Assembly (NCBI GenBank): GCA_000008885.1
Contig: BA000021.3
Span: 330,001-362,000, forward strand
Length of the DNA: 32,000 bases
Direction of reading: 5' to 3'
Source of the DNA: Wigglesworthia glossinidia endosymbiont of Glossina brevipalpis
GTDB lineage: Bacteria > Pseudomonadota > Gammaproteobacteria > Enterobacterales > Enterobacteriaceae
Positions 8,486-18,973 of this stretch are shown here, piece by piece. Position numbers and translations under genes: made by a program. The notes under the pieces are model-generated. The model did not search any database. It worked only from the letters and a program-made list of their open reading frames with translations, and was not told the DNA's origin. How positions within the stretch are numbered: position 1 is the first letter of the stretch; the number at the start of each line of letters is the position of its first letter.

Positions 8486-10135
8486 ATGGAAAAACAAAAA
8501 AAAATAACATCCAATTTTATTTATAAAATTATACATAAAGATTTATTTATTAATAAATACAAATATATTCATACTAGATTTCCTCCAGAGCCTAATGGAT
8601 ATTTACATTTAGGTCATGCAAAATCTATTTGTTTAAATTTTAATTTAGCTAAGATTTTCAAGGGAAAATGTAATTTAAGATTTGATGATACTAATCCAAA
8701 TACAAAACATGAAAAATATATAAATAAAATTAAAAATGACATTTTATGGTTAGGATTTAAATGGGATGGAAAAACTCGTTATTCTTCGGATTATTTTGAT
8801 CAAATATATAATTTTGCTATAAAATTAATAAAAAAAAATTTAGCATACGTAGAAGAATTATCTTTAAAAGAAGTAAGAAAAAACAGAGGGTCTTTGACAA
8901 GAAAAGGAAAACAAAGCCCGTATAGAAATAGAAAAATAAAAGAAAATTTAATTTTGTTTGAAAAAATGAAAAATGGAGAATTCAAAGAAGGATCAGCTTG
9001 CTTAAGAGCAAAGATAAATATGCAATCTTCATGTGTTCTAATGAGAGATCCTATTTTGTATAGAATTAGATTTAAAAATCATCATCGTACAAAAAATAAA
9101 TGGTGTATTTATCCTACTTATGATTTTAGTCATTGCATTTCAGATTCTATTGAAAATATTACTCATTCTTTATGCACATTAGAATTTCAAGAAAATAAAA
9201 AATTATATAATTGGATTTTAAAAAAAGTTTCAACAGATTTTGTTCCTAAACAATATGAATTTTCTAGAATGAATTTAGAATATTCTATTATGTCAAAAAG
9301 AAAATTGAAAATTTTAATAGAAAAAAAATTAGTAAGTGGATGGAATGATCCTAGAATTCCAACATTAGCTGGAATAAGGAGAAGAGGATATACTGCCTCA
9401 TCTATTCGTGAATTCTGCAATAGAATTGGGATCACTAAACAAGAAAGTACTATTAGTGAATCTATGCTTGAGTTTTTCATAAAAAAAGAACTGAATTTTA
9501 ACTCATACAGATTAATGGCTGTAATAAATCCTCTGTTGTTAATAATAGAGAATTTTCCAGATGAATATGAAGAAAAAATAGAAATTTCTAATCATCCATA
9601 TAACAATATGGGGAAAAGAACAGTTATTTTTAACAAAAAAATATACATAGAACGTTCGGATTTTATGGAAAATCCAAAATTAGAATATAAAAGATTATCA
9701 TTAGGGAAAAAGGTAAAATTAAGAAATTCATATATTATAAAAGCAAACAGAATAGAAAAAAATAAACACGGATATATTACAAAAGTTTATTGTAATTATT
9801 ATTCAAATATAAAAAAAAATAATTATAAATTTTCAAAATTAGGAATTATACATTGGGTATCTGAAAAAAATAATATTCCAGCAGAATTTCGTTTTTACGA
9901 TAGATTGTTCACTCATCCTAATCCCGAAAAATTGGATAATTTTTTATCTTTTTTCAACAAAGATTCTTTAATAATTAAGCATGGTTTTATAGAAAAAAAT
10001 ATAAAAAAACACCACATAAACTATCCAGTTCAATTCGAAAGAATAGGATATTTTTTTGCAGATAAATTTAATTATAAAAAAGATTATCCAGTATTTAATT
10101 TAACTGCAAAATTATCTAGCTATTTAAATAGATAA
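8486..10135 (+). CDS. glnS: glutaminyl-tRNA synthetase
   Basis: TRFPPEPNGYLHLGHAKSICLNF (HLGH), LRFDDTNP, MSKRKL; 549 aa. Confidence 0.97.
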   Translation: MEKQKKITSNFIYKIIHKDLFINKYKYIHTRFPPEPNGYLHLGHAKSICLNFNLAKIFKGKCNLRFDDTNPNTKHEKYINKIKNDILWLGFKWDGKTRYSSDYFDQIYNFAIKLIKKNLAYVEELSLKEVRKNRGSLTRKGKQSPYRNRKIKENLILFEKMKNGEFKEGSACLRAKINMQSSCVLMRDPILYRIRFKNHHRTKNKWCIYPTYDFSHCISDSIENITHSLCTLEFQENKKLYNWILKKVSTDFVPKQYEFSRMNLEYSIMSKRKLKILIEKKLVSGWNDPRIPTLAGIRRRGYTASSIREFCNRIGITKQESTISESMLEFFIKKELNFNSYRLMAVINPLLLIIENFPDEYEEKIEISNHPYNNMGKRTVIFNKKIYIERSDFMENPKLEYKRLSLGKKVKLRNSYIIKANRIEKNKHGYITKVYCNYYSNIKKNNYKFSKLGIIHWVSEKNNIPAEFRFYDRLFTHPNPEKLDNFLSFFNKDSLIIKHGFIEKNIKKHHINYPVQFERIGYFFADKFNYKKDYPVFNLTAKLSSYLNR

Positions 10136-10140
10136 ACAAA

Positions 10141-10647
10141 TTAATTTAAATTTCTAACAATTTTTCTTTTAATTTTTTTTTTAATATCTTTTATTACGCA
10201 TTCAGGAAGAAAATAGTCTAAGTTTCCTCCATAAAATATTATTTCTTTTATCATACTAGAAGACATATATGACCAATTTATATCTGATATCATAAATATG
10301 CTTTCCATTTCTGGATAAAGATATTTGTTTGTTTTTTCCATTATGAATTCATTTTCAAAATCAAAAATATTTCTTATACCTCTTATTAATATTTTAATAT
10401 TATTTTTTCTTGCAAAATTAGTAGTAAGATCATTTATTCCTATCACCTTTATATTTTTGTAATTTTTAGTAGCTTTTTTTATATGATGCATCCTTTCTTT
10501 CAAATTAAATAATTGATTTTTTTTAAAATTATTTGCTACTATTATTATTACTTTATCAAATACTTTTATAGATCTTTCTATTAAATTTATATGTCCATTG
10601 GTCAATGGATCGAACGTTCCAGGAAATATAGCTTTCTTATTTTTCAT
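10141..10647 (-). CDS. coaD: phosphopantetheine adenylyltransferase
   Basis: MKNKKAIFPGTFDPLTNGHINLIERS (TNGH), IRGIRNIFDFENEF, SSMIKEI. Confidence 0.96.
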   Translation of the reverse strand: MKNKKAIFPGTFDPLTNGHINLIERSIKVFDKVIIIVANNFKKNQLFNLKERMHHIKKATKNYKNIKVIGINDLTTNFARKNNIKILIRGIRNIFDFENEFIMEKTNKYLYPEMESIFMISDINWSYMSSSMIKEIIFYGGNLDYFLPECVIKDIKKKIKRKIVRNLN

Positions 10648-10731
10648 AAATATCCTTAATTTATTTAAAATTAATATATTTTATAAATTTAAAATATTTA
10701 ATAAAAAAATCAATTATTAATAATAATATAT

Positions 10732-12015
10732 TTATTTATTTTTTTTTAAAATTTTTTTTATCAAATTAATAAGATTATTCAACGATCCTGTATTTTTTTT
10801 GCATACTGAAAATGCTCTTATTCCGTAATCTTTTCTTATATCTTTATTGTTTAAAAGTATTGTTATCCAAGATATTAAAGAAATTTTATCATTAACAATA
10901 ATTAAAGAATTGTTTTTTCTTAGTTTCATGTTTATTTCATAAAAATTTTTAACATAAGGTCCAGTAATTATTGGTAATTTGTTTATTGCAGCTTCTAATG
11001 GATTATGTCCTCCATAATTTAACAAGCTTCCTCCTATAAATGATATATCTGAAATTTTATAAAACATCATTAATTCTCCAATAGAATCACCTAAAATTAT
11101 TTGAGTATTTTTTGATGGTGTTTTTTTACTGCTGCGTGTAATAAAATTAAATTTAAATTTTTTAATAATTTTAATAACTTTTTTAAATCTTTCTTCATGT
11201 CTAGGCACTATTATCAATAATAAATTAGGAAAATTTTTTAATAAATATTTATGAACAGATAAAATTATATTTTCTTCTTTGTAATGAGTGCTAGAAGCTA
11301 TCCATATAGGCCTAGATTTTTCCCAATTTATAAATAATTTTTTTTTATATTTAATTTTGTTAAAATTTAAAACATCAAACTTTATATTTCCAATAATTTT
11401 TAACTTTTTCCTTTCCAATCCTAAATCTAAAAATCTCATGCCATCTTCTTTATTATTAGAAGCTACTATATTTATAAAATTCAAAATTTCAGAAAAAAAC
11501 TTTTTTGCTTTTTTATATTTATTTGCAGAAGATTTAGATAATCTAGCATTAGCTATTATAATTGGAATTTTTTTATTATTAATTTCGTTTATAAAATTTG
11601 GCCATATTTCTCTTTCTATTATTATTACCAATTGTGGATTAGTATGATATAAAAATCTTTTAACAGAACCTATTGTGTCATATGGAAAATAAGAATAATA
11701 TACTATTTTAGAAAGTTCTTTTTTTATATATTTCATTCCACTAATTGTGGTTGTAGTAAGCAGTATTGATAAATTTGGATATATTTTTTTTAATATTATT
11801 ATTAATAATAGAATTGATTTTATTTCTCCAATAGATACTGCATGTATTATTATGCAATTTTTAGGTAATTTTTTTTTGAAAAATCCATATTTTTCATAAA
11901 ATTTTTTAAAATAAAATAAATTTTTTATTCCTTTAAAAAATAATTTTATCAAAAAAATTGGTTGTAATAAATAAACGATAATATTATATAATATATATAA
12001 TTTTTTATTAATCAT
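10732..12015 (-). CDS. waaA: Kdo transferase (3-deoxy-D-manno-octulosonic acid transferase)
   Basis: Reverse strand ATG at 12015 gives MINKKLYILYN...; HAVSIGEIKS, ASTHYKEENIILSVH, VPRHEERF, GGSLLNYGGHNPLEAA; adjacent to coaD in the same order as E. coli. Confidence 0.93.
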   Translation of the reverse strand: MINKKLYILYNIIVYLLQPIFLIKLFFKGIKNLFYFKKFYEKYGFFKKKLPKNCIIIHAVSIGEIKSILLLIIILKKIYPNLSILLTTTTISGMKYIKKELSKIVYYSYFPYDTIGSVKRFLYHTNPQLVIIIEREIWPNFINEINNKKIPIIIANARLSKSSANKYKKAKKFFSEILNFINIVASNNKEDGMRFLDLGLERKKLKIIGNIKFDVLNFNKIKYKKKLFINWEKSRPIWIASSTHYKEENIILSVHKYLLKNFPNLLLIIVPRHEERFKKVIKIIKKFKFNFITRSSKKTPSKNTQIILGDSIGELMMFYKISDISFIGGSLLNYGGHNPLEAAINKLPIITGPYVKNFYEINMKLRKNNSLIIVNDKISLISWITILLNNKDIRKDYGIRAFSVCKKNTGSLNNLINLIKKILKKNK

Positions 12016-12122
12016 AAATATATATTTTAAATGAAATAAATGATTTTAATCTTAAATTTTTCACAATTATAATATAAAATTATAAATTAAAAAATTACTT
12101 TAATAAAATTAAATTATAAAAT

Positions 12123-13301
12123 ATGGTTACTATAAATACAGCATTGTGCAAAAATTCTACTAGAGTTATGATTCTTGGATCTGGAGAATTAGGAAAAGAA
12201 ATTGCAATAGAATGTCAAAGATTAGGAATAGAAGTAATTTCTGTAGATAGTTATTCAAATGCTCCAGCAATGCATGTCTCACATAGGCATCACGTAATTG
12301 ATATGCTAAATCCTAAAGAGATAAAAAGATGCATAAATCTTGAACATCCAGATTTTATAGTTCCAGAAATTGAAGCTATTTCTACAAATGCATTAATAGA
12401 ATTAGAAAAAAATGGATATAATATAGTGCCTTCTGCAAAAACAATCCATATTACAATGAATAGAAAATTAATTAGAGTTTTAGTTTCAAAAAAATTAAAC
12501 ATACTAACATCTGAATATCAGTTCGCTTCTAGTTTTGACGAATTAAAAATTAAAACTAAAGTTATTGGTTATCCGTGTTTAATTAAACCAATAATGAGTT
12601 CTTCTGGCAAAGGACAAAGTGTGATTTACAATGAAAAAGAACTAAGACATTCATGGGAAAAATCACAAACTTATGGAAGAACAAGTTTAGGCGAAGTGAT
12701 TATAGAAAAAATAATACCTTTTGATTTTGAAATTACATTACTTGTAGTAAATTCTGTAGATGGAATGCATTTTTGTTTGCCGATTGGACATAGACAAGAA
12801 AAAGGCGACTACCAAGAATCTTGGCAACCACATAAAATGGATAATGTTATTTTTGAAAAAGCTAAAAAAATATCTAAAAAAATAGTTTCTTATTTAGGAG
12901 GATATGGAATATTTGGAGTTGAATTCTTTATTTATAAAGATAAGGTAATATTTAGTGAAATTTCTCCTAGGCCTCATGATACAGGAATGGTTACATTGAT
13001 TTCTCAGAATTTATCAGAATTTGCTTTACACGTGAGATCTTTTTTAAAACTACCAATAGGTAAAATTCGTCAATATGGTCCATCTTCTTCAGTCGTTATA
13101 TGTGGAAATGAATTATATGGAAACAAAATAAGTTTTAGCAATATTGAATGCATTAATACAAATCAACAAATTAGAATATTTTCTAAGCCTAATATCAAAG
13201 GGTATAGAAGACTTGGAGTTATACTAGATCAGGACGAAACAATAGAAAGATCTTTAAGAAAAGCTAAAAAAACTGCTAGTAAAATTTTAATTAAAACTTA
13301 A
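12123..13301 (+). CDS. purT: formate-dependent phosphoribosylglycinamide formyltransferase 2
   Basis: ATP-grasp enzyme, 392 aa: RVMILGSGELGKEIAIECQRLGIEVISVDSYSNAPAMHVSHRHHVIDML, FEITLLVVNSVDGMHFCLPIGHRQEKGDYQESWQP, SPRPHDTGMVT. Confidence 0.96.
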   Translation: MVTINTALCKNSTRVMILGSGELGKEIAIECQRLGIEVISVDSYSNAPAMHVSHRHHVIDMLNPKEIKRCINLEHPDFIVPEIEAISTNALIELEKNGYNIVPSAKTIHITMNRKLIRVLVSKKLNILTSEYQFASSFDELKIKTKVIGYPCLIKPIMSSSGKGQSVIYNEKELRHSWEKSQTYGRTSLGEVIIEKIIPFDFEITLLVVNSVDGMHFCLPIGHRQEKGDYQESWQPHKMDNVIFEKAKKISKKIVSYLGGYGIFGVEFFIYKDKVIFSEISPRPHDTGMVTLISQNLSEFALHVRSFLKLPIGKIRQYGPSSSVVICGNELYGNKISFSNIECINTNQQIRIFSKPNIKGYRRLGVILDQDETIERSLRKAKKTASKILIKT

Positions 13302-13314
13302 AATAGAATATAGA

Positions 13315-14262
13315 TTATTTTATTTTAAGAATAAGTTTTTTTGGAATCATAAACTTTGTTTTTTCTATATCTCCATCAACTTGATAAATATTTACAGAAT
13401 TTTTATAAAAAATTTTTAGATAATTGACTACCTGTTGAACTAAAATTTCTGGAGCTGAAGCTCCAGCCGTTATTCCAATATTATTTACTCCATTTAACCA
13501 AGATTTTTTAATTTCTTTATATGTATCTATTAGATAAGATTTTTTTCCAGATTTGTTTGCTATTTCAAATAATCTATTAGAATTTGAAGAATTTTTAGAT
13601 CCAATTATAAATATAATATCCACTAATTTTATAATTTTTTTTATTGATTTTTGTCTATTCTCTGTTGCATAACATATATCTTTTTTACGAGGTTCTATAA
13701 TGTAAGGATATTTTTTTTTTATAGCAAAAATAATTTTATTAGTATCATCTACAGATAATGTAGTTTGTGTGAAATAAAATAAATTATTAGGGTCTTTTAT
13801 TTTTAATTTACAAATTTCTTCTATAGATTGAATTACAAAAACTTTTTTATTAGGATTATTATATTGCCCTATTGTCCCAATTATTTCTGGATGATTTTTA
13901 TGACCTATTATAATTACCTCTGATCTTAATTTGCTAGCTCGTTTTATTTCATGGTGAACTTTGCTTACTAATGGACAAGTAGCATCAAAAATAATTAATT
14001 TACGTTTATTTGCTTCTTTTAAAATGCTTTTTGAAACCCCATGAGCCGAAAAAATTAAAATTGATTTTTCTGGAACATCACATATTTTTTTAACAAAAAT
14101 AGATCCTATTTTTTTTAAAGAATTTACTACATATTTATTATGTACAACTTCATTATATACATATATTGGAGGTCCATATATTTCTATTGCGTTTTTTACA
14201 ATATTAATAGCTCGATCTACTCCTGCACAAAAACCTCTTGGATTGGCCAAAAAAATGTTCAT
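13315..14262 (-). CDS. ispH: 4-hydroxy-3-methylbut-2-enyl diphosphate reductase
   Basis: MNIFLANPRGFCAGVDRAINIV, HEVVHNKYVV-like motif VHNKYVV, DATCPLVSKVH, GITAGASAPE; conserved Fe-S cysteines. Confidence 0.97.
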   Translation of the reverse strand: MNIFLANPRGFCAGVDRAINIVKNAIEIYGPPIYVYNEVVHNKYVVNSLKKIGSIFVKKICDVPEKSILIFSAHGVSKSILKEANKRKLIIFDATCPLVSKVHHEIKRASKLRSEVIIIGHKNHPEIIGTIGQYNNPNKKVFVIQSIEEICKLKIKDPNNLFYFTQTTLSVDDTNKIIFAIKKKYPYIIEPRKKDICYATENRQKSIKKIIKLVDIIFIIGSKNSSNSNRLFEIANKSGKKSYLIDTYKEIKKSWLNGVNNIGITAGASAPEILVQQVVNYLKIFYKNSVNIYQVDGDIEKTKFMIPKKLILKIK

Positions 14263-14273
14263 AATTTTATAAT

Positions 14274-14735
14274 CTATGTATTAACAATAAATATTTTTTT
14301 ATTATATATTAGTATTAAAAACCCAATAAAAATACTAATATCTGCAAAATTAAAAACTGGAAAATGCCATTTATAAATATAAATGTCAATAAAATCTATA
14401 ACTGAACCATAAAAAATTCTATCAAATATATTTCCAAAAGAACCTCCTATGATAATACTGTATCCTAAATTAGATAATAAATCTTTACATAAATTTTTCA
14501 TATAAAATATAAATAATAAAATAAAAATAGAAATAACAATTATTAATATTCTTATTAAATTGGAGTAACTTTGAAAAAGTCCAAGAGCTATACCATAATT
14601 TCTTATATAAGTAATTTTAATCATAGGAAAGATTTTTATCGAATCAAAAATCTCATAATTATTTAATATCCACTTTTTAGTAAAAAAATCTATTAAAAAT
14701 ATAGATATTATTATTAAATTGCTTTTTGTTTTCAT
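14274..14735 (-). CDS. lspA: lipoprotein signal peptidase (signal peptidase II)
   Basis: GGSFGNIFDRIFYGSVIDFIDIYIYKWHFPVFNFADISIFIG contains both catalytic Asp motifs; between ispH and ileS. Confidence 0.94.
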   Translation of the reverse strand: MKTKSNLIIISIFLIDFFTKKWILNNYEIFDSIKIFPMIKITYIRNYGIALGLFQSYSNLIRILIIVISIFILLFIFYMKNLCKDLLSNLGYSIIIGGSFGNIFDRIFYGSVIDFIDIYIYKWHFPVFNFADISIFIGFLILIYNKKIFIVNT

Positions 14736-14753
14736 ATTATTATAATAAATAAA

Positions 14754-17573
14754 TTAAAAATATTTTCTTTTTTCTTCTACTCCATTTATATTATTTATAC
14801 AACGATTGCAAATTTTATTATATTTAACGTCATTTACTATATCATTAGTATAGTTCCAACATCTTAAGCATTTTTTTCCATCAAATTTTTCTGCTAAAAT
14901 TTTTAAATTTTTTATTGATTTAGATTTAAAAGCATTTTCTTTTGAATTTTCATATTTTTTTATTGATACATAAGATACTAAAAAAGCAAAATTTAGTTCT
15001 TTTTTTAATAAAATTAATTCTTCAAATATAAAAGATTCAGCGTATAAAGTAATTTTTAATTCTAAAGAACTTTTTATTTTATCTTCTAATTTTTTAATTT
15101 CAATAATTTTGTTAATTTCATTTTTAATTTTAATTAAAATTTTCCATAAACTTTTACTTATATAACTATTAATATTTTCACATGGAATTTCTTTCACCCA
15201 TTCAGACAAAAAAACATACTTTTCTCTTTTTCCAGGAATGTATTTCCATATTTCATGAGATGTAAAAGACAAAATAGGCATTATCCAACGAACAAGACAC
15301 TCTATTATATATAGAATAGCAGTTTGACAACTTCTTCTAGCAAGACTATCGATATAATTTGTATATTGACGGTCTTTTATAATATCAAGATAAAATGAAC
15401 CCATGTCTAAAGAGCAAAAATCAACAATATTACTTACAACTTTATGGAAGTTATATTCTTCGTATGCATTTTTAATTTTTTTTTGTCTATTATTAGTCTT
15501 AATAATCGCCCATTGATCTATGCTTAACATGTTTTCTAAATTAATAGAATTAAATTCTGGATTAAAATCATTTAAATTAGATAATAAAAAACGAGAAGTA
15601 TTTCTAATTCTACGATATATATCAACAGTACGAAGTAGTATTTCTTTTGAAATGCTAATATCTGATTTATAATCAGAAGATGCTACCCATAATCGGAGTA
15701 TATCAGCTCCAAATTCATTTATAATATCTTTAGGACTGATTACGTTTCCAATTGATTTAGACATTTTTTTACCATTGGAATCCACTACAAATCCATGAGC
15801 TAAAATTTTTTTACATGGTATTCCTCCAGTAATAGCAATAGATAATATTATAGAAGACATAAACCAACCTCTATATTGATCTGATCCTTCTAGATATAAA
15901 TCTACTTTATTTTTATTCAATGAATTCCATTTTTTTATTAATATAGAATAATATGTAGATCCTGAATCAAACCATACATCTAATGTATCTAATACTTTTT
16001 TATATTTATCACTATCCTTATCTAAAATTTCAGATTTATTTATATCCCACCATGCTTGTACTCCTTTTTTTTCTATTTTTTTAGAAACTTTTTCTATTAA
16101 TTCTACTGTATTAGGGTGTATTTCTTTGTTTTTTTTATTGATAAAAACAGCAATTGGAACTCCCCAAACTCTTTGTCTAGAAATGCACCAATCCGGACGA
16201 TTTGACAACAAATCTATAATTTGATTCATTCCCCATTTCGGAATCCATAAAATTTTTTTTATTTCTGATATTGTTTTATTCCTTAAATTATTATTATCTA
16301 TATTAAAAAACCATTGATTTGTAGCTCTAAAAAAAGTTGGAGATTTATGTCTCCAACAATGAGGATATGAATGATTGATAATTTTTTTGCTATATAGAGA
16401 ATGATTATTTTTTAATAAATTTAATACAACTTCTTCTGATTTAAAAATGTTTAATCCATCTAATCCTGGAAAAGTTCCAGGCAAATAATTTCCATTTGAA
16501 TCAATAGGATCATACATATTTAATTTATATTTTTTTCCTATAATATAATCTTCTTCTCCATAATTTGGAGCAACATGAACTATTCCAGAGCCAGATTTAA
16601 AATCAACATACTCATTAAGTATCATAGGAACATGTATTTTATTTAAAGGATGTTTAAAATATAAAAATTTTAATTTTTTCCCATATACACTGCCTAGTAT
16701 TTTTGATTTTTTTATATTTAATCTAGCCAATGTTTTATCCAGCAAAGATTCTGCAATAATAAATATTTCTTTATTGCATTTTACTAATAAATAAATAAAA
16801 TTAGGATTAACAGAAATTGCACGATTTGCTATAATAGTCCATGGAGTAGTAGTCCAAATTATAGCTTTTATTTTATCAAATTTTTTTTCTGAGTTAAATA
16901 TCTTTAAAATTTTATTATTGTCACAAGCAGAAAATGATACGTCAATAGAGTTAGATTCTTTTATATTATAATCTATCTCTGAATCTGATAAAGAGGATTT
17001 ACAATCAATACACCAATTAATAGGTTTAATTCCCCTATATAAATATTTTTTCTTAATTAAATTTTTAAATGTACGTAATATATTTGCTTCTGTATGAAAA
17101 TCCATTGTTAAATATGGATTATTCCAATCTCCTATTACTCCTAATCTAATAAATTCTTTTTTTTGTTTATTTACTTGATCTAATGCATAATTACGACATT
17201 TTTCTCTAAAAATTTTATGATTTATTTTGTTTATATTTTGATTAATTTTTTTTTCAACTTGAAGTTCTATAGGCAATCCATGACAATCCCATCCTGGCAT
17301 ATATGGTGCGTCAAATCCAAATAAAGATTTAAATTTAATGATTATATCTTTTAAAATTTTATTAACCGCATGTCCAATATGAATGTCTCCATTTGCATAG
17401 GGAGGTCCATCATGTAAAAAAAAAGTTTTTTTTCCTTTTTTATTTTCTCTGATAATGCTATATAAATTGTTTTTTTTCCAGCATTCTAAAATTTTTAATT
17501 CAGAAATCAATAAATTAGCCTTCATGGGGAATTTAGTTTTAGGTAAATTCAATGTATTTTTATAATCATTCAT
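14754..17573 (-). CDS. ileS: isoleucyl-tRNA synthetase
   Basis: PYANGDIHIGHAVNK (HIGH), KKMSKSIGNV (KMSKS), C-terminal zinc cysteines KCLRCWNY...KICNRC. The track start at 17576 is a TTG; homology to E. coli (MSDYKSTLNLP) favours the ATG at 17573. Confidence 0.97.
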   Translation of the reverse strand: MNDYKNTLNLPKTKFPMKANLLISELKILECWKKNNLYSIIRENKKGKKTFFLHDGPPYANGDIHIGHAVNKILKDIIIKFKSLFGFDAPYMPGWDCHGLPIELQVEKKINQNINKINHKIFREKCRNYALDQVNKQKKEFIRLGVIGDWNNPYLTMDFHTEANILRTFKNLIKKKYLYRGIKPINWCIDCKSSLSDSEIDYNIKESNSIDVSFSACDNNKILKIFNSEKKFDKIKAIIWTTTPWTIIANRAISVNPNFIYLLVKCNKEIFIIAESLLDKTLARLNIKKSKILGSVYGKKLKFLYFKHPLNKIHVPMILNEYVDFKSGSGIVHVAPNYGEEDYIIGKKYKLNMYDPIDSNGNYLPGTFPGLDGLNIFKSEEVVLNLLKNNHSLYSKKIINHSYPHCWRHKSPTFFRATNQWFFNIDNNNLRNKTISEIKKILWIPKWGMNQIIDLLSNRPDWCISRQRVWGVPIAVFINKKNKEIHPNTVELIEKVSKKIEKKGVQAWWDINKSEILDKDSDKYKKVLDTLDVWFDSGSTYYSILIKKWNSLNKNKVDLYLEGSDQYRGWFMSSIILSIAITGGIPCKKILAHGFVVDSNGKKMSKSIGNVISPKDIINEFGADILRLWVASSDYKSDISISKEILLRTVDIYRRIRNTSRFLLSNLNDFNPEFNSINLENMLSIDQWAIIKTNNRQKKIKNAYEEYNFHKVVSNIVDFCSLDMGSFYLDIIKDRQYTNYIDSLARRSCQTAILYIIECLVRWIMPILSFTSHEIWKYIPGKREKYVFLSEWVKEIPCENINSYISKSLWKILIKIKNEINKIIEIKKLEDKIKSSLELKITLYAESFIFEELILLKKELNFAFLVSYVSIKKYENSKENAFKSKSIKNLKILAEKFDGKKCLRCWNYTNDIVNDVKYNKICNRCINNINGVEEKRKYF

Positions 17574-18528
17574 CAAAAAATTTCCTTTTATTTTTTAAAT
17601 AAACAAAATAATCATTTACTTTATTAATATCATATAATATCTGATTTTTTAAATCAAAAGTAGATCTAAAAAACCTCTCTTCTCTTATTTTTTTTCTTAT
17701 TATTATTTCAATGTGACAAGAATAAAAATTTCCAGACTTATTTAATAAATGAACTTCTACTTTCTGATTTAATCCAAAGAAAGTTGGCCTTGTTCCTATA
17801 TTAGCTATTCCATAAATTATTTTTTTTGTAATACCGTTAACTTCTACGGCATATACTCCATTAATAGGAAATTTTATATTTTTAGAAGATATATTTATAG
17901 TTGGAAATCCAATTAATCTACCTATAGCTTTTCCACAAACAACTCTACCAGAAATAGAATATTCATGACCTAAAAATTTTATTGCTTTTTCTAATTTATT
18001 ATTTTTAAGAGCATTTCTTATTGCAGTACTGCTAATTTTTTCACTATCAATTTCTAGAGTTTTTACTTCTAATACGTTAAAACCTAATTTTTTTCCACTA
18101 TTTTTTAATAATTTAACATCCCCGTATGCTTTATATCCAAATCTAAAGTCTTTTCCAATAATTATGCATTTCATGTTTAAAGATTTAATTAAAAAGTTTT
18201 TTATAAAATCTTTTGCATTTAACATTAAAAAATTTTTATTAAAATTGATACATAATACTTGTTTAATTCCCATTTTTTTGAAGTATTTTATTTTATCACG
18301 CAAACCTGTTATCCTTGATGGAGAATTTTTGTTAATAAATTCTTTTGGTTGAGGCTCAAAAATAACGACAATCATAGGCAAATTACGTTTTAAACTTTCA
18401 TTTTTTAATTTACTAATTATTTTTTGATGTCCTAAATGGACTCCATCAAAATTTCCAATTGTAATTACGCATCCATTTATATATTGTTTTTTTAAATTAA
18501 ATATATTTCTAATATGTTTAAATTTCAT
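17566..18528 (-). CDS. ribF: bifunctional riboflavin kinase / FAD synthetase
   Basis: TIGNFDGVHLGHQKIISKLK, GKDFRFGYKAYGD, GKAIGRLIGFPTINI, NGVYAVEV, GIANIGTRPTF. Confidence 0.96.
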   Translation of the reverse strand: MKFKHIRNIFNLKKQYINGCVITIGNFDGVHLGHQKIISKLKNESLKRNLPMIVVIFEPQPKEFINKNSPSRITGLRDKIKYFKKMGIKQVLCINFNKNFLMLNAKDFIKNFLIKSLNMKCIIIGKDFRFGYKAYGDVKLLKNSGKKLGFNVLEVKTLEIDSEKISSTAIRNALKNNKLEKAIKFLGHEYSISGRVVCGKAIGRLIGFPTINISSKNIKFPINGVYAVEVNGITKKIIYGIANIGTRPTFFGLNQKVEVHLLNKSGNFYSCHIEIIIRKKIREERFFRSTFDLKNQILYDINKVNDYFVYLKNKRKFFDE

Positions 18529-18687
18529 ATATTAATACTAATATAAAATATAAATTTTGCAAATTCTTAAAAATTTATTAAAATAAATAAATAAAATTTA
18601 ATAAATTGTTATTTTTTATTTAAAAATTTTTAATTTATTGTTAATATATTTATAATTTATTGGATTTTTAAATTTCAGGAGGTATAC

Positions 18688-18954
18688 TTGGCTAATATAA
18701 AATCTTCTAAAAAAAGATCAATTCAATCAGAAAAAAAACGCAAATATAATTCTAGCAAAAAATCTATGATAAGAAGTTTTATTAAAAAAGTAAAAAATTC
18801 TATCTTAAAAAAAGAAAAAGACACAATAAATAATTCATTTATAGAGATGCAATCTATTTTAGACAGATATGCAAAAAAAAATTTAATACACAAAAATAAA
18901 GCATCTAGGCTTAAGTCAAGATTATCAAAAAAAATTAAATTTATTTTTAAATAA
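18688..18954 (+). CDS. rpsT: 30S ribosomal protein S20
   Basis: MANIKSSKKRSIQSEKKRKYNSSKKSMIRSFIKKV...IHKNKASRLKSRLSKKI; divergent from ribF as in E. coli; aggagg-like SD (tcaggaggtatacttg). Confidence 0.95.
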   Translation: MANIKSSKKRSIQSEKKRKYNSSKKSMIRSFIKKVKNSILKKEKDTINNSFIEMQSILDRYAKKNLIHKNKASRLKSRLSKKIKFIFK

Positions 18955-18973
18955 AATTTTATTTTATTATTAA

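Noticed and set aside
9187-9480. 97-aa and other antisense ORFs inside glnS (also 8800-8985)
   Set aside because: Antisense shadows of the glnS coding sequence; no independent support.
11288-11647. 119-aa plus-strand ORF inside waaA
   Set aside because: Antisense to a full-length conserved gene, hydrophobic artefactual translation, no RBS or conserved domain.
14140-14376. 78-aa ORF (+) spanning the ispH/lspA junction
   Set aside because: Antisense to two conserved genes, Tyr/Ile-rich random translation.
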